A DNA stretch of 32,000 bases, from assembly GCF_001457615.1 (NCBI RefSeq), contig NZ_LN831024.1, positions 4,170,001 to 4,202,000 on the forward strand, in the 5' to 3' direction. Of the stretch, positions 1 to 9,444 are shown one piece after another. A program made the position numbers and the translations under genes. The notes under the pieces were generated by a model. That model did not search any database, was not told the DNA's origin, and worked only from the letters and a program-made list of their open reading frames with translations. The stretch comes from Pseudomonas aeruginosa (GTDB lineage Bacteria; Pseudomonadota; Gammaproteobacteria; Pseudomonadales; Pseudomonadaceae). Each line of letters begins with the position of its first letter. The stretch's first letter is position 1.

Positions 1-228
1 GGCGAGGAACTGGCACGGGCCCTCGAATACGCCGAGCGGATCGCCCGGGCCGCGCCGCTGGCGGTGCGCGCCGCGCTGCAATCGGCGTTCCAGGGGCGCG
101 ACGAGGGGGACGATGCGGCGCTGTCGCGGGTCAACGAGTCGCTGGCCGCGTTGATCGGCAGCGAGGACGTCCGCGAGGGCGTGCTGGCGATGGTGCAAAA
201 GCGCGCGCCGGCGTTCAAAGGCCGCTAG
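1..228 (+). CDS. 3' end of an enoyl-CoA hydratase/isomerase (crotonase) family protein (truncated at window edge)
   Basis: Open frame from base 1: GEELARALEYAERIARAAPLAVRAALQSAFQGRDEGDDAALSRVNESLAALIGSEDVREGVLAMVQKRAPAFKGR*, ending TAG 226-228; typical crotonase C-terminus (EDxREGxxAFxxKRxPxFxG). Confidence 0.8.
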   Translation, partial: GEELARALEYAERIARAAPLAVRAALQSAFQGRDEGDDAALSRVNESLAALIGSEDVREGVLAMVQKRAPAFKGR

Positions 229-284
229 CTCCCCTGCGGGTCGACCCCCGGTCGCTCCGCTCCATCTCTCCTGCGGAAACCGAC

Positions 285-1169
285 ATGACTTCGTTGACTC
301 AACATTCCGCAGCGCCGGTGCGGATGGAACGCCTGGCCCTGCCCGCGACCGACGGCTATCCGCTGTCCGCCTACCGCTACCACGCGCCGGGCCACGCCCA
401 TGGCAACCTGCTGGTGGCCGGCGCGACGGGCGTCGCCCAGCGCTTCTACCGGCGTTTCGCCGAACACGCCGCGCGCCAGGGCTTCGACGTACTCACCCTG
501 GACTATCGCGGCATCGGCGAATCCGCGCCGGCAAGCCTGAAGGGCTTCGCCATGTCCTACCTGGACTGGGCCTACCGGGACCTCGCCGCCGCCGTCGAGC
601 TGCTCGGCCGGGAGGAGCGGCCGCTGTACTGGATCGGCCACTCCTTCGGCGGCCACGCCATCGGCCTGCTGCCCGACCATGGGCGGCTCGCCGCCTGCTA
701 CAGCTTCGGCAGCGGCGCCGGCTGGAGCGGCTGGATGTCGCGCCGCGAAGCGCTCAAGGTGCGCCTGCTGTGGACCCTGGTGCTGCCGCCGCTGGTGGCC
801 TGGAAAGGCTACATGGCCTGGAGCCTGCTGGGCATGGGCGACGACCTGCCGCTGGGGGTCTACCGCGACTGGAAGCGCTGGTGCCGCCATCCCCGCTACT
901 ATTTCGACGACCCGGCGATGCGCCACCTCCACCAGCGCTACGCCGCAGTGCGCACGCCCTGTCTGTTCGCCACCGCCCTGGACGATCCCTGGGCACCGCC
1001 GCGCTCGCGGGACGCCTTCGTCGAGGCCTACCGCAACGCACCGCTGGAAACCCTCGACCTGCGACCCGACGGTGGACCGCTCGGACACATGGGCTACTTC
1101 CGCGCCGGTGCAGAGGCGCTGTGGGACGACGCTCTGCGCTGGCTGAGACGGCATCCGGAGAACGCCTGA
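285..1169 (+). CDS. alpha/beta hydrolase (serine hydrolase, YdbC/lysophospholipase-like)
   Basis: 294 aa ORF with ATG start, nucleophile elbow GHSFGG, upstream DYRGIGES motif, C-terminal His (GHMGYF). Confidence 0.85.
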   Translation: MTSLTQHSAAPVRMERLALPATDGYPLSAYRYHAPGHAHGNLLVAGATGVAQRFYRRFAEHAARQGFDVLTLDYRGIGESAPASLKGFAMSYLDWAYRDLAAAVELLGREERPLYWIGHSFGGHAIGLLPDHGRLAACYSFGSGAGWSGWMSRREALKVRLLWTLVLPPLVAWKGYMAWSLLGMGDDLPLGVYRDWKRWCRHPRYYFDDPAMRHLHQRYAAVRTPCLFATALDDPWAPPRSRDAFVEAYRNAPLETLDLRPDGGPLGHMGYFRAGAEALWDDALRWLRRHPENA

Positions 1170-1189
1170 AAGACCAGCGAGAGCGCGCC

Positions 1190-1443
1190 ATGCACCCGTT
1201 GCCGTTGTCCCTTCGCCTGTTCGCCGTCGCATTCTGGCTGGGCGTGGTCGCCGTGGAGTTCCTTCTCGAACGCAGCCGCGCCGAAAGCCGCGACCGGGGT
1301 TTCGCCGGGAGACCGCCACCAAGGGCGACAGCTTTGCCGGGGTGAACCGCTACTCCCGGCAGATCGCCCGCATCTCCCTGCTGGCCATCCCGGCCGGGCT
1401 GCTGGCCCTGGGCTGCGGCCCGTACCTGATGCGACAACGCTGA
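1190..1443 (+). pseudogene. possible frameshifted small membrane protein remnant
   Basis: Frame starting at ATG 1190 (MHPLPLSLRLFAVAFWLGVVAVEFLLERSRAESRDRGF) runs to a stop at 1345; membrane-protein-like continuation (...GVNRYSRQIARISLLAIPAGLLALGCGPYLMRQR*) lies in another frame ending TGA 1441-1443. Confidence 0.35.
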
Positions 1444-1551
1444 AAAATCCGCCGACTGTCCATTTCGCGACGATGACTGGCGCTTTTGCCGGCGCAGGCC
1501 GCCCGCGCCTGCCTTACCGTTCCCCGCTCTTTCAGACACGGGAGCAGGGCA

Positions 1552-3000
1552 ATGCCGCTTGCCAGTCATCTGCGTTGCGTGGCGCTGGCGCTGGGGATCT
1601 CCACCGCGCTGGGCTGCGCGAACCGCAACCAACCCGCGCCACGCGCGGAAAGCCTCGACCCTGGCCTGTCGAGGGTGGCGGGAACCCGCGGCGACGCGCT
1701 GCCCGCCCAGTGGTGGACGCTCTACCAGGACCCTGGGCTGAACCACCTGGTGGCCGCCGCGCTGCGCCACAACCGCGACCTGGCCGCAGCCGATGCCCAT
1801 GCCCGCGCGCTCCTCGGCCATCTGCGCGGCGCACAGGGCGAACGCTGGCCACGGACCGAGGTCGGCTATGGCTACCAGTATGGGCGCGACGGCGACGACC
1901 AGACCCTCGCCGAAGCCACCGACGAGGAGCTGCGCAGCCAGTGGAAACACACCGCCCGCCTCGACCTGTCCTACCAGTTGGACCTGTGGGGCGAAGTCCG
2001 CGCCCGCATCGCCGCGGCGAAGGCGGATGCCGAAGCGGCGCAAGCGGCGCGCGACCTGCTCAGAGTCAGCGTGGCCAGCCAGACCACCCTCGCCTACGTC
2101 CGCGCCTGCGCCCTGGCGCGACGGGCAGAGGTACAACGCCGATCGGTCGGCCTGCTCGACGCGAGCCTGGCGCTGAGCGAACGCCAGCTCGCCGCCGGCC
2201 TTTCCAGCGAGCTGCAGCGACGCCGGCTGCTGGCCTTGCGCGAGCGGACCCGCGCCGCGCTGCCGATGCTCGAGGCGCGGCGGCGCGCGGCACTCTACGA
2301 ACTGGCGCTGCTCAGCGGGCGCTCGCCGCGCCAGTTGGACGCTCCTGCCGCGACCTGCGCCGGCATACCGCAACTGCGCCGTGCCCTGCCCACCGGCGAC
2401 GGCTGGAGCCTGCTGGCGCGCCGCCCGGACGTCCGCGCGGCCGAGCGCCGGCTCGCCGCCGCCGACGCCCGGCGCGCGCTGGCCGAAGCCGAGCTGTACC
2501 CGCGCATCAGCTTCGCCGTCGGCGCCGAAACCTCCGCAGCGACCCTCGCCGGCCTCGGCGGCAGCGGCGCGCTAGCCTACGCGGCCGGTCCTCTGCTGAG
2601 CTGGCGCTTCCCCAACCGGGAAAGCGCGCGAGGCCGCCTGGACAGCGCAGCGGCAGAGCGCGACGCCGCTCTGGCGCGCTTCGACGGAGCGGTGCTCGGC
2701 GCCCTGCGCGAGGTCGAGCGTGCCTTGGCGCTGTATGCCGGCGAGCGCCAGCGGCGTGCCGACCTCCAGCGTGCCCTCGACGAGCAGCGCCACGCCTACC
2801 GGTTGGCGCGCAGCAACTATCGCGCCGGCGCCCTCGATGCCCTCGAGCTGCTCGACAGTCAACGCAGCCTGGTCGCCGACCGGGCGCGCCTGGTCGACGC
2901 CGAGATGCGCGTCGCCGAGCGCCAGGTCGAACTGTTCCGGGCTCTCGGCGGCGGCTGGCAAGCCGCTCCCAGCCCCTCCCACCAGGAAAACGGACAATGA
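1552..3000 (+). CDS. outer membrane efflux lipoprotein, TolC/OprM (NodT) family
   Basis: MPLASHLRCVALALGISTALGCANRNQ has a signal peptide plus lipobox-like Cys; downstream QWWTLYQDPGLNHLVAAALRHNRDLAAA and FPNRESARGRLDSAAAERDAALARFDGAVLGALREVE repeats typical of RND/EmrAB outer membrane factors. Confidence 0.93.
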   Translation: MPLASHLRCVALALGISTALGCANRNQPAPRAESLDPGLSRVAGTRGDALPAQWWTLYQDPGLNHLVAAALRHNRDLAAADAHARALLGHLRGAQGERWPRTEVGYGYQYGRDGDDQTLAEATDEELRSQWKHTARLDLSYQLDLWGEVRARIAAAKADAEAAQAARDLLRVSVASQTTLAYVRACALARRAEVQRRSVGLLDASLALSERQLAAGLSSELQRRRLLALRERTRAALPMLEARRRAALYELALLSGRSPRQLDAPAATCAGIPQLRRALPTGDGWSLLARRPDVRAAERRLAAADARRALAEAELYPRISFAVGAETSAATLAGLGGSGALAYAAGPLLSWRFPNRESARGRLDSAAAERDAALARFDGAVLGALREVERALALYAGERQRRADLQRALDEQRHAYRLARSNYRAGALDALELLDSQRSLVADRARLVDAEMRVAERQVELFRALGGGWQAAPSPSHQENGQ

Positions 3001-4148
3001 ACCAGGCAATCAGGGAACCCATCGAACACACCACTGGCGAAACCATGCCAGCAGCCACGCACCGGCGCCGAACCTGGCTGCTGGGCGGCCTCGCCGGCGC
3101 CATCGCGCTCGCCGCCCTGCTGGCCTGGTGGTGGAGCAGCGGACGCTTCCTGGAGGGCACCGACGATGCCTATGTACGCGCCGACTGGGTGGCGGTCAGC
3201 GCGCAGGTCTCCGGCTACGTCGCCGAGGTGCTGGTGGCCGACGACGCCGACGTCCAGGCCGGCGACCTGCTGCTGCGCCTGGACCCGCGCGACTTCCGCC
3301 AGCGCCTGCGCGCCGCCGAGTCCCGCGAAGCGGCGGCGCAGGCGGCGCTGGAAGCCCAGCGCGCGAAGCTGGAGACCCTCGATCGGCAACTGCTGGAGCA
3401 GGTGCAGACGATCAGCCGCGCCCGCGCCGATGGCGAAGCGGCGCGAGCCGAATGGCGCCGCGCCGAGACCGACTGGCGACGCTACCGGCAATTGGCCGAC
3501 GAGCATGCCACCAGTCGCCAGCGCCTGGAGAATGCCGACGCGGCGCACCAGCGAGCGCGGGCGGCGGCGCGGCGGGCAAGCGCCGAGGAAGGCCGCCAGC
3601 GCGCCGCCAGGGACGTACTGAAGAGCCGGCGACGCGAGGCGGAGGCGGCGCTCGCCCAGCGCCAGGCGGAGCTGCAGGAAGCCGCGGCGGCGCGCGAACT
3701 GGCGCGCCACGCCCTGGACGATACCGAAATCCGCGCCCCATTCGCCGGCCGCGTCGGCCAGCGCAAGGTGCGCCTGCGCCAGTACGTCACGCCGGGGCTG
3801 CCGCTGCTGGCGGTGGTGCCGCTGGAGCAGGCCTACGTGGTGGCCAACTACAAGGAGACCCAGCTCGAACGCATCCGCCCCGGGCAACCGGTAGAGCTGG
3901 AGGTGGACACGTTCGGCCGCCGCTGGCGCGGCCGCGTCGACAGCGTGGCGCCGGCCTCCGGCGCGGTATTCGCGCTGCTGCCGCCGGACAACGCCACCGG
4001 CAACTTCACCAAGATCGTCCAGCGCTTCCCGGTGCGTATCCGCCTGGACGCCGACGCCGCCGAGCGGGGCCGGCTGCTGCCGGGGATGTCGGTGATCGCC
4101 ACCGTGGACACTCGCGAACCGGACGGAGCCTCCGCCGATGAGCGCTGA
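2997..4148 (+). CDS. HlyD/EmrA-type membrane fusion (periplasmic adaptor) protein
   Basis: MNQAIREPIEHTTGE...GTDDAYVRADWVAVSAQVSGYVAEVLVADDADVQAGDLLLRLDPRDF...VVPLEQAYVVANYKETQLERIRPGQPVELEVD. ATG 2997 overlaps upstream TGA (ATGA); alternative Met at 3042. Confidence 0.93.
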   Translation: MNQAIREPIEHTTGETMPAATHRRRTWLLGGLAGAIALAALLAWWWSSGRFLEGTDDAYVRADWVAVSAQVSGYVAEVLVADDADVQAGDLLLRLDPRDFRQRLRAAESREAAAQAALEAQRAKLETLDRQLLEQVQTISRARADGEAARAEWRRAETDWRRYRQLADEHATSRQRLENADAAHQRARAAARRASAEEGRQRAARDVLKSRRREAEAALAQRQAELQEAAAARELARHALDDTEIRAPFAGRVGQRKVRLRQYVTPGLPLLAVVPLEQAYVVANYKETQLERIRPGQPVELEVDTFGRRWRGRVDSVAPASGAVFALLPPDNATGNFTKIVQRFPVRIRLDADAAERGRLLPGMSVIATVDTREPDGASADER

Positions 4149-5649
4149 CGACAAGGTATCGCTGCGTGCCTGGGTCGCCGTCACCGGCGGCCTGTTCGGC
4201 TGCTTCATGGCTGGCATGAACGTGCACGTCACCAGCGCGGCGCTGCCGGAGATAGAAGGCGCGCTGGGAGCCACCTTCGAGGAGGGCTCGTGGATATCCA
4301 CCGCCTATCTGGTCGCGGAAATCAGCATGATCCCGCTTACCGCCTGGCTGGTGGAAGTGTTCTCCTTGCGCCGGGTGATGCTCCTCGGCTCGCTGGTGTT
4401 CCTGCTCAGTTCGCTGAGCTGCGCGCTGGCGCCGAACCTGTCGACGCTGATCCTGATCCGGGTGATCCAGGGGGCTTCGGGGGCGGTGCTGATCCCGCTG
4501 TCGATGCAACTGATCCTCACCGAGCTGCCGTCCAGCCGGATACCCCTCGGCATGGCGCTGTTCAGCCTTTCCAACAGCGTGGCCCAGGCCGCCGGCCCGT
4601 CGATCGGCGGCTGGCTGGCGGATGCCTATTCCTGGCGCTGGATCTTTCTCCTGCAACTGTTGCCGGGGATCGCCCTGCTGGCCGCGGTGGCCTGGTCGAT
4701 CCGCCCCCGCGACGGCGACCGCGAACGCCTGCGCCAGGCCGACTGGCTCGGCATCGGCGCGATGGTCGCCGGCCTCGGCGCGCTGCAGATCGTGCTGGAG
4801 GAAGGTGGCCGCCGCGACTGGTTCGAGTCTGGCTTCATCCGCGCCTTCGCCGTCCTCGCCGTGCTCGCCTTGCTGCTCTTCGTACAGCGCCAACTGTGGG
4901 GCGCGCGGCCGTTCATCAACCTGCGCCTGCTGGGCAGCTACAACTTCGGCGTGTCCAGCCTGGCGATGGCGGTGTTCGGCGCGGCGACCTTCGGCCTGGT
5001 GTTCCTGGTGCCCAACTACCTGTCCCAGTTGCAGGGTTTCAACGCCCGGCAGATCGGCGACAGCCTGATCCTCTACGGCCTCGTGCAACTGCTCCTGGCG
5101 CCGCTGCTGCCGCGCCTGATGCGCTGGCTGAACCCCAAGCTGCTGGTGGCCGGCGGCTTCGCGATCATGGCCCTGGGCTGCTGGATGGGCGCGCACCTGA
5201 ACGCCGACGCGGGACGCAACGTGATCATCCCCTCCATCGTCGTGCGCGGCATCGGCCAGCCGCTGATCATGGTCGCGCTCTCGGTACTGGCGGTGAAGGG
5301 CCTGGACAAGGCCCAGGCCGGCTCGGCCTCGGCGCTGATCTCGATGCTGCGCAACCTCGGCGGCGCGATCGGCACCGCGCTGTTGACGCAACTGGTCTCG
5401 CTGCGCGAGCGCTTCCACTCCGAGCGGATCGGCGAGACCCTGACGATCTTCGACGGCGCCCTGCAACAGCGCCTGGGCGGTAGCCAGGTGCGGATACAAC
5501 TGCCGGAGCAGCAGCAGGCGCTGGCCCTGCTCGACCACGGGGTGCGCCAGCAGGCCTACCTGATGGCCTACTCCGACGCCTTCTACCTTTCCTGCGTGGC
5601 GCTCCTGGCCTGCGCCCTGGCCTCGCTGATGCTGCGCCAGAAGGACTGA
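4138..5649 (+). CDS. MFS multidrug efflux transporter, DHA2/EmrB family
   Basis: 503 aa; AALPEIEGALGATFEEGSWISTAYLVAEISMIPLTAWL (EmrB/QacA signature region), multiple TM helices, overlaps preceding gene by 11 nt. Confidence 0.95.
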   Translation: MSADDKVSLRAWVAVTGGLFGCFMAGMNVHVTSAALPEIEGALGATFEEGSWISTAYLVAEISMIPLTAWLVEVFSLRRVMLLGSLVFLLSSLSCALAPNLSTLILIRVIQGASGAVLIPLSMQLILTELPSSRIPLGMALFSLSNSVAQAAGPSIGGWLADAYSWRWIFLLQLLPGIALLAAVAWSIRPRDGDRERLRQADWLGIGAMVAGLGALQIVLEEGGRRDWFESGFIRAFAVLAVLALLLFVQRQLWGARPFINLRLLGSYNFGVSSLAMAVFGAATFGLVFLVPNYLSQLQGFNARQIGDSLILYGLVQLLLAPLLPRLMRWLNPKLLVAGGFAIMALGCWMGAHLNADAGRNVIIPSIVVRGIGQPLIMVALSVLAVKGLDKAQAGSASALISMLRNLGGAIGTALLTQLVSLRERFHSERIGETLTIFDGALQQRLGGSQVRIQLPEQQQALALLDHGVRQQAYLMAYSDAFYLSCVALLACALASLMLRQKD

Positions 5650-5651
5650 AC

Positions 5652-6434
5652 TCAGTCGCCCTCGGCCACCCGGTAGGCGGCGCCGCGGCCGAAATAGAGG
5701 CTCGGCGAAACGCCCAGGGTCCGGCGAAACATGGCGCTGAAGGCGCTCTGGCTGTCGTAGCCGAGGTCCAGTGCGACCTCGAGGATCGAATGCCCTGCCG
5801 CCAGCGCATCGAGGCTGGCGAGCAGGCGCATGCGCCGCAGCCACTGGACGAAGCTGAGACCGGTTTCGCGCTGGAAGGCGCGGGTCAGGGTCCGCGGGCT
5901 GACGCCCAGGCGACGCGCAGCATCGCCCAGGCTCCAGTCGGCGGCCGGCTCGGCGCGCAGGCTGCGGCACAGCGCCGCCAGTCGCGGATCGACCGGCTGT
6001 GGCACGTGCAGGGCGAGGATCGGCAGCACCCGCAGTTCATCGAGGATCAGCTCCATCACCCGCTCGTCGCGGCCACCCGGCGGGTAGTCCGGGGCGATCC
6101 GCATCGCCGCGACGATCAATTGCCGCAGCAACGGCGGCACGTCCACCACCCGGCAGTCCTGCGGTAGGTCGTGGCGCGCTTGCGGGGCGATGAACAAGGT
6201 GCGCATGCGCACCTGGCCGGCGAAACGCAGGGCATGCTCGATACCGGCCGGCAACCAGACACCGCGTCCCGGCGGCACCACCCAGGTGCCCTCGGCGGTG
6301 CCGACCGTGACCACCCCGCTGAGCGCATGGATCAATTGCGCGCGCGAATGCCGGTGCAGCTCGACGCGCTCGCCGTGGAGATAATCCTGGGCATAGGCGA
6401 AGACCGGACGGGTGGAAGGCAGGTCGATCAGCAT
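5652..6434 (-). CDS. AraC-family transcriptional regulator
   Basis: 260 aa; C-terminal HTH LGDAARRLGVSPRTLTRAFQRETGLSFVQWLRRMRLLASLDALAAGHSILEVALDLGYDSQSAFSAMFRRTLGVSPS; N-terminal cupin-like sensor. Convergent with the efflux operon. Confidence 0.95.
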   Translation of the reverse strand: MLIDLPSTRPVFAYAQDYLHGERVELHRHSRAQLIHALSGVVTVGTAEGTWVVPPGRGVWLPAGIEHALRFAGQVRMRTLFIAPQARHDLPQDCRVVDVPPLLRQLIVAAMRIAPDYPPGGRDERVMELILDELRVLPILALHVPQPVDPRLAALCRSLRAEPAADWSLGDAARRLGVSPRTLTRAFQRETGLSFVQWLRRMRLLASLDALAAGHSILEVALDLGYDSQSAFSAMFRRTLGVSPSLYFGRGAAYRVAEGD

Positions 6435-6625
6435 CGGGCGGGCCTTGGCGGGCAGTGGTGGCGCTGTCTTTTTACCAGCCGCGCCATGCTAACGACCAGA
6501 CCCGGCGGAGCACGCCGGCGCTCGCCGCGACGCGGCGAGCGCGCTACCCTGGCCGCCCCGGCGTGGCGCGACTGCCTGGCATATCCGCCGCGCCATCCCT
6601 CCCCAAGCACAGGAGCGAAACCAGC

Positions 6626-7129
6626 ATGGCCTCTTACGCGGAACTGTTCGATATCGGAGAAGACTTCGCCGCCTTCGTCGGCCATGGCCTGGCCACGGAA
6701 CAGGGCGCGGTCGCGCGGTTCCGGCAGAAGCTGGAAAGCAACGGGCTGCCGAGCGCGCTGACGGAACGCCTGCAACGCATCGAACGGCGCTATCGCCTGC
6801 TGGTCGCCGGGGAAATGTGGTGCCCGGACTGCCAGATCAACCTGGCCGCGCTGGACTTCGCGCAGCGCCTGCAACCGAATATCGAGCTGGCAATCATTTC
6901 CAAGGGCCGCGCCGAGGACGACCTGCGCCAGCGCCTGGCGCTGGAGCGAATCCCGATTCCGCTGGTACTGGTGCTGGACGAGGAGTTCAACCTGCTCGGA
7001 CGCTTCGTCGAACGGCCGCAGGCGGTGCTCGACGGCGGTCCGCAGGCGCTTGCGGCGTACAAGGCGGGCGACTACCTGGAGCACGCCATCGGCGACGTCC
7101 TGGCGATCATCGAAGGCGCGGCGCGCTGA
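6626..7129 (+). CDS. thioredoxin-like family protein (Thioredoxin_9-type)
   Basis: ATG 6626, preceding AGGAG; MASYAELFDIGEDFAAFVGHGLATEQGAVARFRQKL...MWCPDCQINLAALDFAQRL...FNLLGRFVERPQ; CPDC redox-like motif. Confidence 0.75.
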   Translation: MASYAELFDIGEDFAAFVGHGLATEQGAVARFRQKLESNGLPSALTERLQRIERRYRLLVAGEMWCPDCQINLAALDFAQRLQPNIELAIISKGRAEDDLRQRLALERIPIPLVLVLDEEFNLLGRFVERPQAVLDGGPQALAAYKAGDYLEHAIGDVLAIIEGAAR

Positions 7130-7150
7130 GACAGCGCCTTCGCCCGCTTC

Positions 7151-7408
7151 TCAGTGCCGCGAACAGCCCGCGCCAAGGCCTCGGTACTGCAAGCGATGTA
7201 GGCGTCCGGCGCTGTCGCGGTAGAGCATCACCAGCGGCACCACGCCACAGGTGGCCGGCACCGGCGTGACGGAAAGCACCCGCTCGATGTCCAGCGGCAT
7301 GCCGTAGTCGTAGCGCTCGATCGGCGGCAACTCTTTCCCGTCGTCGTCCGCCGCCTGGACCTGGGACCAGCAGGACAGCAGCAAGGCCAGCAAGAACGAG
7401 GTTTTCAT
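7151..7408 (-). CDS. DUF2790 family small secreted/periplasmic protein
   Basis: 85 aa with Sec signal peptide; ERYDYGMPLDIERVLSVTPVPATCGVVPLVMLYRDSAGRLHRLQYRGLGAGC matches the DUF2790 pattern; start overlaps upstream gene stop (ATGA). Confidence 0.8.
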   Translation of the reverse strand: MKTSFLLALLLSCWSQVQAADDDGKELPPIERYDYGMPLDIERVLSVTPVPATCGVVPLVMLYRDSAGRLHRLQYRGLGAGCSRH

Positions 7409-9444
7409 GAGGTCTTTTCTCCATGCTGCGCCCCGTCGGACGAGACGCTTTGCGAATAGGCCCGGAGCAACCAGGCGAGGTCGGTGAGGATCGCGGCCAG
7501 GCGCCACTCGCCGGCGGCCGCCAGGCGGGCGCCGGCACGGCGTGCGTGCCGCGCGGCGAGCGGCGGATCGCGATGGCGGACGGCGATGGCTCGCAGTGCG
7601 CGCTCGATCCACCGCGCCTCCGCGGCGGCCGGGTCGAGCCCGGCCAGGGCGCGCCACAGGCGCCGCGACTCGCGGCCGAGTTGCAGGGATACGAAGCCCA
7701 GGCGCAGGGCCAGCGCGCTGCGCGGATGTTCCATGCCATGCAGCGCGCCCAGCTGGGCGATGCGATGCTGCTGGCGGGCCTGCCAGGCATGCGCGTCGAA
7801 ACCGGCGCGACGACGCAGCAAGGCGAGGGTCTCGCGGCGCAGATGGTCGAGCAGCGACGCCGAATGCCGTTCCAGGTCCTTCGGCAGCAGGCGGTAGACC
7901 AGCAGGCTGATGCAGAGCGCCAGCACCCAGGCGCAGGACTGGTTGGCGAAGTCGCCGAAATCGAAGCGGGCGAGATTGCCGGTGGCGACCAGGGTGTTGA
8001 AGGCGATCAGGTAGGCGATTCCCTGCAACGCCCGCCTGGGCACTGTGGTGGCCTGGATACCGAACGACCAGAAGAAGGCGAGGCACAGCAGCAGCAATGG
8101 AAAACCGTTGATCAGCGGTAGCAGAAGGAATTTGCAGAGCAATGCGGCAGGTATCGCGTAGAGCGTGCCGCGAATGAAATTGCGCGTGCCCTCGGCGGGA
8201 AAGGGCGAGGCTGCCAGCAGCGTGCAGTAGGGGCCGAGCACCGCCAGCAGGGCCGGCCCCTGGTCCCACCCGCTGAGGAACCACAGGGCGCCGCCGACCA
8301 GCATCGCCAGCCAGGCTCGCGCGCCGTTGCGCAAGGCCTCGCGGTAATGTCGATGGAAGGCCGCTGGGCGGACGTCGGCGCGGGCCCGGCCGTCGAGCCG
8401 GGCGAACCCCCGCAGGGCGGCCTGCAGGTCATCCAGTTGCTCGTCGAGACGCTCCATGAACAGCCCTTCGCGACAGGCATCCGCTTGGTCTGTCGGAAGT
8501 CCGCGCCGAATCGCCGCCAGGCGACCGCGCAAGCTCGCGAGCCGTCGCGCGGCGCCGGCGAAGTCGAGCTCGCCGCGATCCAGTTGGCCGCCCAGCAGGC
8601 GCAGGTCGTCGGCCATCGGCAGCGCCAGTCCACGCTCCGCCAAGCGCCGGGCCCAATGCGTCTCGCCGGCGAAGCGGAACTCCATCAGCGTGGAAAACAG
8701 CGCCGCCAGGCCACCGCGGATCGCCGGGAGCGCAGCGCTCAGCGCCCGCGACTCGGCGCGACCGACACCCAGCAGGTCGTCTACCGCGTAGACCTCGCCG
8801 GCCAGCGTCCGGCGACGGCGCTCCAGTTCCCCGTCAGCCGCACCGGCATGCCGCGCAGCGACCAGCGCCAGCGTCGCCGCGCAGAGCGAGACGAGACGCT
8901 GGCGCACCCGCCCGGACACGGTCCTGCGGCTGAAGAGCACGGTCACCAGGCTCAGGCAGCAGACCCCGACGATTACCGCCGAGGCGCGGGTGACGATGTG
9001 CTCGAAGGCCGCCTCGGGCTCGACCATGGCCGGTCCCAGCGCCAGGCACACAGTGTAGCCGGCGACCACCGCGGCGGTGGCGTAGAAGTGCCAGACCAGG
9101 CTCATGACGCCGACGCAGAGACCCAGCCAGAAACCCAGGGCGACGACGAACAGCAGCATCTTCTGGGCGAACAGCGCGGTCAGGACGAAGGCAGCGAGCG
9201 TGCCGACCAGGGTACCCACGGCGCGCCACCAGCCCTTGCCGACCACCGCTCCCTGCACCGGATTGATCAGCAACAGCACAGTGGACGCGGCGGAAAACGG
9301 CGAATCCAGTTGCAGGTAGAGCCCCAGGCCGAGCGCCAGAGCGGCAGCGCCGATGCTGCGCAGCACGTAGTCCAGGCTGTCGATCCGCCAGGGCAACGGC
9401 AACGCCGCGTACCAATCGCGCCCGCCGGACGCCGACGCCGCCAT
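7405..9444 (-). CDS. FUSC family inner membrane protein (AaeB/YccS-like aromatic acid exporter)
   Basis: 679 aa from Met at 9444 (MAASASGGRDWYAALPLPWRIDSLDYVLRSIGAAALALGLGLYLQLDSPFSAASTVLLLINPVQGAVVGKGWWRAVGTLVGT...); two TM blocks and cytosolic region; start overlaps upstream stop. Confidence 0.9.
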   Translation of the reverse strand: MAASASGGRDWYAALPLPWRIDSLDYVLRSIGAAALALGLGLYLQLDSPFSAASTVLLLINPVQGAVVGKGWWRAVGTLVGTLAAFVLTALFAQKMLLFVVALGFWLGLCVGVMSLVWHFYATAAVVAGYTVCLALGPAMVEPEAAFEHIVTRASAVIVGVCCLSLVTVLFSRRTVSGRVRQRLVSLCAATLALVAARHAGAADGELERRRRTLAGEVYAVDDLLGVGRAESRALSAALPAIRGGLAALFSTLMEFRFAGETHWARRLAERGLALPMADDLRLLGGQLDRGELDFAGAARRLASLRGRLAAIRRGLPTDQADACREGLFMERLDEQLDDLQAALRGFARLDGRARADVRPAAFHRHYREALRNGARAWLAMLVGGALWFLSGWDQGPALLAVLGPYCTLLAASPFPAEGTRNFIRGTLYAIPAALLCKFLLLPLINGFPLLLLCLAFFWSFGIQATTVPRRALQGIAYLIAFNTLVATGNLARFDFGDFANQSCAWVLALCISLLVYRLLPKDLERHSASLLDHLRRETLALLRRRAGFDAHAWQARQQHRIAQLGALHGMEHPRSALALRLGFVSLQLGRESRRLWRALAGLDPAAAEARWIERALRAIAVRHRDPPLAARHARRAGARLAAAGEWRLAAILTDLAWLLRAYSQSVSSDGAQHGEKTS

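Noticed and set aside
4006-5970. Large minus-strand ORFs opposite the MFS and AraC genes (4006..5970, 2859..4301)
   Set aside because: Antisense shadow frames; the opposite-strand EmrA/EmrB/AraC assignments are supported by family motifs.
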